Shown here one piece after another: positions 58,131 through 64,000 of a stretch of DNA of 64,000 bases (its first letter is position 1; each line of letters opens with the position of its first letter). The position numbers and the translations under genes are program-made. Source of the stretch: a virus; IMG/VR virus record IMGVR_UViG_3300037465_000480; one strand, written 5' to 3'. The notes under the pieces were generated by a model that saw only the letters and a list, made by a program, of their open reading frames with translations, was not told where the DNA came from and did no database searches.

Positions 58131-60521
58131 ATGAAACGATTTTGGGGCATTCCTACTGTAGAAAGCCTACAAGACCATCGCAACTATGGCATTGCTCAGG
58201 TGGTCTTGGCTTTAGCTAAGCACCTGCCTGCTTTTGGCTGGGAATATACTGCTAACCCTCAGGATGCTATCTTACACGTTCATCATGGGGGAGAGGGAGA
58301 AGGGGCTAGCGATGTGGCTATTGTACATGGCTTGCATCCTACTGCTGATATGCCAGAGCGCAGCGCCATTTTTGAAGAAATTAATCGGCGCGTTATCCAG
58401 GATGTTATCGCAGCCAGACAGGTGATTGTCCCCAGCCGTTGGGTGGCTGACTTTTTCCAAAGGGACATGCTCCTCTCGCCACAGGTTATCCAGTGGGGGG
58501 TAAGTGAGGAATTTACCCCTGGCTCCCCACAGGGCTATATTCTGTGGAATAAAAACAGACAGGATTTTGTCTGTAATCCTGTTTGGATGAACAAGCTAGC
58601 CGCTTTACTGCCTCAGCATGTATTGGTCAGTACGTTCGGACAAGAAACCCATAACGTGCGCATTATCGGCAGGCAACCTTTTGAAAAAATGGTCAATTGG
58701 GTTAGGGGAGCCAGCCTGTATTTAGCAACGACCCGCGAAACAGGCGATATAGGCAGCCGTGAGGCTCTGGCTTGTGGTGTGCCTGTGGTCGGGTTTGCCC
58801 AAGGGGCATTACTGGATTTTATACAGCATGGTGAAAATGGATATTTAGCCGAACCTGGCGATATAGAGGGCTTAGCTAAAGGGGTTGAATACTGCTGGGT
58901 TCATCGGGAAAGAATGAGCCGGCAAGCTCTCTATTCAGCCCAAACCTTTAATTGGGAAAAAACAGCCCAGCAAGTGGCTCATGTTTTCGATTTAGCTTTG
59001 CAGGCTAAACGTCCCTCCCCTAAAAAACTTAGTGTCGTTATCCCGTGCTATAACTATGGTCATTTGGTTAAGCGGGCTGTGGATAGTGTCCTCAAAGCCT
59101 TGGCGCATTTTGCGCTAACCACTTGGGAAATTATCATGATAGATGATTGTTCTACCGATGATAGTTGGCAGGTGCTGGCTGGATTGCATGATGGACACCA
59201 TCTCTTTGCCATGCGGCAACCAGCCAATGGGGGGGTAGCTCGCGCCAGAAATGAGGGAATTAAACAAGCCGCAGGAGAATATATTTTTTGCTTAGATGCC
59301 GATGACCAGGTATCGCCCCCCATCTTTGATATTCTCATAGAGGCTTTGGATAGAGATCGTTTGTTAGGGATAGCTTATACCGCGTTAGGGTTAGAGCAGG
59401 GTGGGCAAACGGGTTTTCCGCCCGCAGAAGTCAATTACGATCTGCAATTCGCAGGCAGTAATCAAATCCCTACTGCCTGCTTGTTTCGGCGCGAAGACTG
59501 GCAACGCGTGGGGGGCTATAGAAGTTATATGCAACCGGCTGAGGATGCCGATTTGTGGACGCGCATGATTGGCATTACTGGGCGCAAAGCCGCCAGGGTT
59601 AGCGATGCCCCCTTGTTTATTTACAATGTCCATTCAGGTAGCTTGACCAGTGCTTACCGCCAGCAAGGAAAAGCTGACCCCTTTATGGAGCGGGGGCAAA
59701 TAGGATGGGGGACTCATCGCCCTATAGCTGCCCCACCCCCTAAAGGAAAAATCAGCAATCCTGTGTCCCATCGTGATATGCCTTTGTTGTATGTGGATAT
59801 AAGCCAAGCTAGCCAAGAGGTCTTAGACTGGTTATTGATGCAATCCTTTAGAGATTGGACATTGGACGATAATCGTAATGCCCCCTTGGTATTGCGGCTC
59901 GGACAAAAGCCGCCTTCGCCTGCTTATGATTGGCTAGAGAGGGCCTTACAACAAACCTTGCTGGGAGTAAAAGATAACCCTGATGGATTGCCTATGGTGA
60001 CGGCTTATCAACTGGATAAGGATATTCTTTTGGGTGCCGACTGTAGAGAAGAGCCTTTATCAAGGTCCACTCTCCAGTTTTATGATGGGCGAAAATGTGA
60101 TACAGTAGGAGTAATCATGGCGACTTGTTGCGGACGTACCATCATTAAGCAAAGGATAGCTCCAATGGATGAAAACGATTTTGTTTTGGTAGAATTGACG
60201 ACAGGGGGAGCCGGCTTGGTGTGGGTTGGCAGCCCAACGGGAAAACGGTTTGATCCTGGCATCCCTGCGGAGAAAGCCTATGGGCGGCGTAAGCGCGGAG
60301 ACCGCTTTTATGTACACCGCGAAGATTGGGAGGCCGCCCCGCAGATTTTTAAGCCAGTCCCTTTAGAGGCAGTACCTATTGCCGTGGCGTCTCCTGCCCC
60401 CCCTAGCGATGACGCCCCGCCGCTGGTGCCCGTTTTAGAAGAGCCCCTTGAGGAAGTTGAACCGCCTACCCCCCCTAAACCGCTGGCTAAGCTCAAAGGG
60501 CGTGAGATAAGGCATGGCTGA
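58131..60521 (+). CDS. GT4-GT2 glycosyltransferase (second pass)
   Basis: Identical to 12819-15209. Confidence 0.9.
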   Translation: MKRFWGIPTVESLQDHRNYGIAQVVLALAKHLPAFGWEYTANPQDAILHVHHGGEGEGASDVAIVHGLHPTADMPERSAIFEEINRRVIQDVIAARQVIVPSRWVADFFQRDMLLSPQVIQWGVSEEFTPGSPQGYILWNKNRQDFVCNPVWMNKLAALLPQHVLVSTFGQETHNVRIIGRQPFEKMVNWVRGASLYLATTRETGDIGSREALACGVPVVGFAQGALLDFIQHGENGYLAEPGDIEGLAKGVEYCWVHRERMSRQALYSAQTFNWEKTAQQVAHVFDLALQAKRPSPKKLSVVIPCYNYGHLVKRAVDSVLKALAHFALTTWEIIMIDDCSTDDSWQVLAGLHDGHHLFAMRQPANGGVARARNEGIKQAAGEYIFCLDADDQVSPPIFDILIEALDRDRLLGIAYTALGLEQGGQTGFPPAEVNYDLQFAGSNQIPTACLFRREDWQRVGGYRSYMQPAEDADLWTRMIGITGRKAARVSDAPLFIYNVHSGSLTSAYRQQGKADPFMERGQIGWGTHRPIAAPPPKGKISNPVSHRDMPLLYVDISQASQEVLDWLLMQSFRDWTLDDNRNAPLVLRLGQKPPSPAYDWLERALQQTLLGVKDNPDGLPMVTAYQLDKDILLGADCREEPLSRSTLQFYDGRKCDTVGVIMATCCGRTIIKQRIAPMDENDFVLVELTTGGAGLVWVGSPTGKRFDPGIPAEKAYGRRKRGDRFYVHREDWEAAPQIFKPVPLEAVPIAVASPAPPSDDAPPLVPVLEEPLEEVEPPTPPKPLAKLKGREIRHG

Positions 60522-60834
60522 TTTTTGGGTCGTTTTAGCCTTGGTAAGGGTAGTTGTGCTTATCCAGCAAGATAGGGGGCCTCTGGAAATCTTGCGCACT
60601 TTGCGCCTGCTGCTTAGGCTGACAACCTTACAAGCTCATCCGCCTGAAGCCCCTCAGGAAATGTGGAATGAGAACCCTGTAGCCGATTTGTTTAGTTGCT
60701 ATTGGTGTTTATCCTTATGGCTTGGCGTGGTGGCTTGTTTTTGGCTAGAACGTCCAGCTTGGTATGCCCTGGCGTATTCAGGAGCAACCAGCTTGGTTTT
60801 ATTAGGAAAAGATTATGTTGGCAGTCACCACTAA
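60514..60834 (+). CDS. DUF1360-like membrane protein (second pass)
   Basis: Identical to 15202-15522. Confidence 0.6.
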   Translation: MADFWVVLALVRVVVLIQQDRGPLEILRTLRLLLRLTTLQAHPPEAPQEMWNENPVADLFSCYWCLSLWLGVVACFWLERPAWYALAYSGATSLVLLGKDYVGSHH

Positions 60835-62059
60835 ACCGCTTTTGAGCTTGTTTGAATGGGCAAACATCATTGGGCTTAGTCCCTGGGTAGTCGCTCAAAT
60901 TGGACTCCCCACCGCTTTGATTGGTGGCGATGGGGCGGGCTGTGAACGGGTTATGTATCAATTCCCCCACCAAAGCTACGACGCCTTAACACGCGAAGAT
61001 ATAGCTGACGCACTTTCCCAAGCAGAATTTTTAGTCGCTAAAACCCTAGGGTATTTTCCCGCCCCTAAAGAAGTTTCCGAAAAGGTCCTTTATCCGAGAA
61101 GTGGTAATTATGCTTACGGACAGCTTTGGTATGGGGCAAGTGGGCGGTATAAATCTATTCAGACCCGTTTCAATAAAATCATCAGCGTGGGACAATACAC
61201 CTATAGTCAACTGAGTGCGGGAGCGGCTGTAACAGGTAGCGATACCTGGGGCGATGGTTTTAATTCTACATGGTCATGTACAGTAGGGGTTCCCGCTGGC
61301 ACGACAGCAGAAGAAATCCGCGTTTATTTTACCGTCGCTGACCGTTTAAGCATCCCCTTTGACAAAGCCGAAATTCGTCCTGTATCGGTAACGATAGCCG
61401 GCAATAATGCCACCATCACAGGGCATATGTCTCAATTGGTTAAGCCAGCCTTATATATGCAAACCTTACCTGACAAGCTGGATATTACAGGGTCTATCTT
61501 TGTGAGCCATGTGGCTATTTTTCGCGCCCAAATTGACACTACCCTTTCGGGCAATCTCATTTGGCGCAATTTTGAAGGAATGCCCCCTTGTGATGGGGAA
61601 ACCGATGAACCGTGCCAAGTCGAAATGACTAGCGCATGTTTTCAAGCTACCGATAGGGAAGGCGGATGGATAGCTCCTATCCCTGCAGAATATGATGCTA
61701 CCTTACAACAGTGGAAAAGGGTGTATCCTGATTGGAGCCGCTTTGCTCCTGATGAGGTTATCTTGAATTATATCTCTGGCGTTCCACTTCTTGATGGCAA
61801 GGTAGAAATGCCGTTTGCCCGTATCGTCGCTTTGCTAGCGACGGCTTTGTTACCTAATCGGTCTTGCGGTTGCCAGAGAGCTGATTTAAGGATTGTGTAT
61901 TATCGGTCTATTCCTCAGGATGATGATGGGAAGTTACTGGTTATGCCATCCTTAATGGAACGGGCAAGTTATCATTTCGGGGTAGCCGGCAGAGGGGCTT
62001 TGCAAGCCTTGGAACTCATTACGCCACAAATCATCAATTATAGGAGTGCCCATGCTTAA
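60815..62059 (+). CDS. Putative head-tail adaptor (second pass)
   Basis: Identical to 15503-16747. Confidence 0.5.
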   Translation: MLAVTTKPLLSLFEWANIIGLSPWVVAQIGLPTALIGGDGAGCERVMYQFPHQSYDALTREDIADALSQAEFLVAKTLGYFPAPKEVSEKVLYPRSGNYAYGQLWYGASGRYKSIQTRFNKIISVGQYTYSQLSAGAAVTGSDTWGDGFNSTWSCTVGVPAGTTAEEIRVYFTVADRLSIPFDKAEIRPVSVTIAGNNATITGHMSQLVKPALYMQTLPDKLDITGSIFVSHVAIFRAQIDTTLSGNLIWRNFEGMPPCDGETDEPCQVEMTSACFQATDREGGWIAPIPAEYDATLQQWKRVYPDWSRFAPDEVILNYISGVPLLDGKVEMPFARIVALLATALLPNRSCGCQRADLRIVYYRSIPQDDDGKLLVMPSLMERASYHFGVAGRGALQALELITPQIINYRSAHA

Positions 62060-62383
62060 TCTTGTCCAGAGAACCTATACCGATAAGGCGGGCTATGAGC
62101 ATGTGGTATGGCTACCTGACTATGTGCAAGATGATTTTACAGGTGGCATTCCTGTTAGTGTTGATATACAAGCCTTAGGGCTTTCCGTAGCGATCCAAAA
62201 AACCTTATGGGATAAAGGTATCATTTTTGTCTCGGACTGGATAAGCAAGCCAGTTTTCACTACAATTTATGCTATCTTTAGAGGTGAACATCCTGAATTA
62301 ACCGAACGCGAAGCTAAACTGGCTTTGCTTAATCTCATCGAAACGGTGCGGGCAACCGCCAATAATGGGTAAAGAGGTGGAAT

Positions 62384-63889
62384 ATGCCTAGTTACAAAGA
62401 AGACCCTACCTTAGCAGTACAAGGGGAAGTCTTTATCTTTTGGTTCGATACCGATAATCTGGCATCGAATATCTACTATGGGGGGCAGTTTGGCGTTTTG
62501 TTGCCTGATACCCTGAGTGAAAGTTTCGGGGACTTGAATTCACTCGTCGTTCCAAGCACGTCAGAAGCAAACCGTTTTCATATCGCGCGTATTTTGCGGG
62601 GTGCACCTGAGCTAGGCGAAATGTCGATTATCGAGCATCCTAAGCGCACGACTCGATCAGCCCTGGAACGCATGAAAGCGATTTTGTGTGCCAAGTCGTT
62701 TTTTATTCCCCTTAATGGCTGTACACGCCCTGACGAGATCGACTCTTTTGAGTCCGTCCTGCTGGTGTATCGAGCCTTGCAGCAAGGTATTGATTATGGC
62801 ACTTTGCGTAGTCGGGAAGATAACGAACCTCTGGAAATGTCTTCGGATTTTTCCTATCTGAGGGTGGATCGTGCTTTTCCTCTGATAGCTGCCTTGCAAG
62901 GGGAGACCCCTGTTACTTCTAAAATCTTGGATGTTGTCGCTATTGATACTGTCTCCTGTGGAGATTGTGCGGCATTTGCCAGCGGGCAAGATAGCTGGTA
63001 TGCCCTGACCGATCAAAGCGGGGGTAGCCCTGGATATCCGAGCCTGGTTATTGGAACCAAGGATGGGGGGAGCAATTACAACACGTCCGTTATCACCAGC
63101 CTGGGGACTACCCAAGCGAATGCTATGGCACAAGTGGGCAGTTTTTTAATGGTTGTTAGCCAAACTGACCTGGCGCATCATTACTGCCGCATCAGCAACT
63201 TGTTCGCTGGCGGCAGTCCCTGGACAAAGGTATCGAGTGGCTATGTCGCTAGCAAGGGTCCGCGCTGTATTGCCGTCGCCTCTCCTTTTGAAGTGTACAT
63301 TGGTGGTGCCGGTGGGTATATCTACAAATCAGCCGACTTCCAAACCGCTGTGACTGTTTCGCATGATGGGAGTTTGACAGCTCAACCAATTAACGCTATC
63401 CAAGCAACAGGACAGACCATCCTCGCCGTAGGTGACTCTAACGCAGTGTTGTTTAGTTCTAATGGTGGTTCCACTTGGACATTCGTGACAGGTCCTACGG
63501 TAGGCGTTGCTTTAAAGTCGTGCTGGATTGTCAGCCAGACGGCTTGGTGGGTGGGGACTGCTAACGGCAAACTCTACTACACGATTGATAGTGGTGCTAA
63601 TTGGACACAGCTAACCCTACCTGACCAGAGCAGCATTACGGCTATCAACGACATTGTTTTTGACGATGACAACCCTCTGTCTGGGGCGCTGGTTGCCACT
63701 AAGGGAAGTGCTGCCGTTTTGTACCGTACTCTTACAGGGGGGAGACGGTGGGGGTATCAGTCGCCTTATATCACGAATGTCTCTGGGGTAGCGACGCTCA
63801 ATGCAGCCGCCGTCTTAGGCGTCGACAAGATTATCGCAGGTGGTGAAAAGACCGCTGGCGGCGATGGGGCACTGATTGTCGCAGCCTAG
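62384..63889 (+). CDS. Putative tail tube/beta-propeller protein (second pass)
   Basis: Identical to 17072-18577. Confidence 0.6.
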   Translation: MPSYKEDPTLAVQGEVFIFWFDTDNLASNIYYGGQFGVLLPDTLSESFGDLNSLVVPSTSEANRFHIARILRGAPELGEMSIIEHPKRTTRSALERMKAILCAKSFFIPLNGCTRPDEIDSFESVLLVYRALQQGIDYGTLRSREDNEPLEMSSDFSYLRVDRAFPLIAALQGETPVTSKILDVVAIDTVSCGDCAAFASGQDSWYALTDQSGGSPGYPSLVIGTKDGGSNYNTSVITSLGTTQANAMAQVGSFLMVVSQTDLAHHYCRISNLFAGGSPWTKVSSGYVASKGPRCIAVASPFEVYIGGAGGYIYKSADFQTAVTVSHDGSLTAQPINAIQATGQTILAVGDSNAVLFSSNGGSTWTFVTGPTVGVALKSCWIVSQTAWWVGTANGKLYYTIDSGANWTQLTLPDQSSITAINDIVFDDDNPLSGALVATKGSAAVLYRTLTGGRRWGYQSPYITNVSGVATLNAAAVLGVDKIIAGGEKTAGGDGALIVAA

Positions 63890-64000
63890 TAAGCTAAGCA
63901 AGGAAGATGGGATGAGTAAAAACGTAGGGTCTGCAATTGAAGAGCGGGTAAACGGCAATCATAAGATGCCTATCTATACCACAGGTTTTGGGTACGCATT

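Larger units (their letters stand above)
45313..64000 (+). repeat. Direct repeat of 1-18688 (wrap-around of a circular genome, or concatemer)
   Basis: Every ORF of 1-18.6 kb recurs with identical translation at +45312; the window end (ggtacgcatt) equals 18679-18688. Confidence 0.97.

Noticed and set aside
45313-64000. An 18.7-kb segmental duplication as a biological novelty
   Set aside because: The repeat begins exactly at position 1 and appears identical; window wrap-around on a circular genome is the simpler explanation.

Overview
The window holds one complete ~45.3 kb tailed-phage (siphovirus-like) genome. Positions 45313-64000 repeat 1-18688: the ORF track is identical at an offset of +45312 and spot-checked bases match, so this is a circular or concatemeric genome read 1.4 times, with unit length 45,312 bp. 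Essentially all credible genes are on the + strand. Gene order: ParB-like protein, radical SAM enzyme, TerS, TerL, portal fused to a MuF-like domain, neck-like protein, prohead protease/scaffold, major capsid protein; a small accessory island; two glycosyltransferase genes inside the morphogenesis operon; head-tail and tail genes (beta-propeller-fused putative tail tube, frameshifted chaperones, tape measure, Tal-like, fibres, Dit); three membrane genes; replication and recombination genes (SF2 helicase, primase, RDF-like protein, Fe-S DinG/XPD-like helicase); M23 endolysin; PD-(D/E)XK nuclease; and an early region with duplicated promoters, hairpins and a catalytically degenerate tyrosine-recombinase-like gene. 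The strongest leads are: (i) a terminase-proximal ParB + TIGR03960-like radical SAM pair which, with the GT2 and GT4-GT2 genes, may be an undescribed DNA- or virion-modification system; (ii) three copies of a 65-bp nested palindrome at module boundaries; (iii) the degenerate recombinase; (iv) a gene split at an A9 tract. All family assignments come from motif recognition by eye; no database searches were run. A monoderm host, possibly Chloroflexota, is only an inference.
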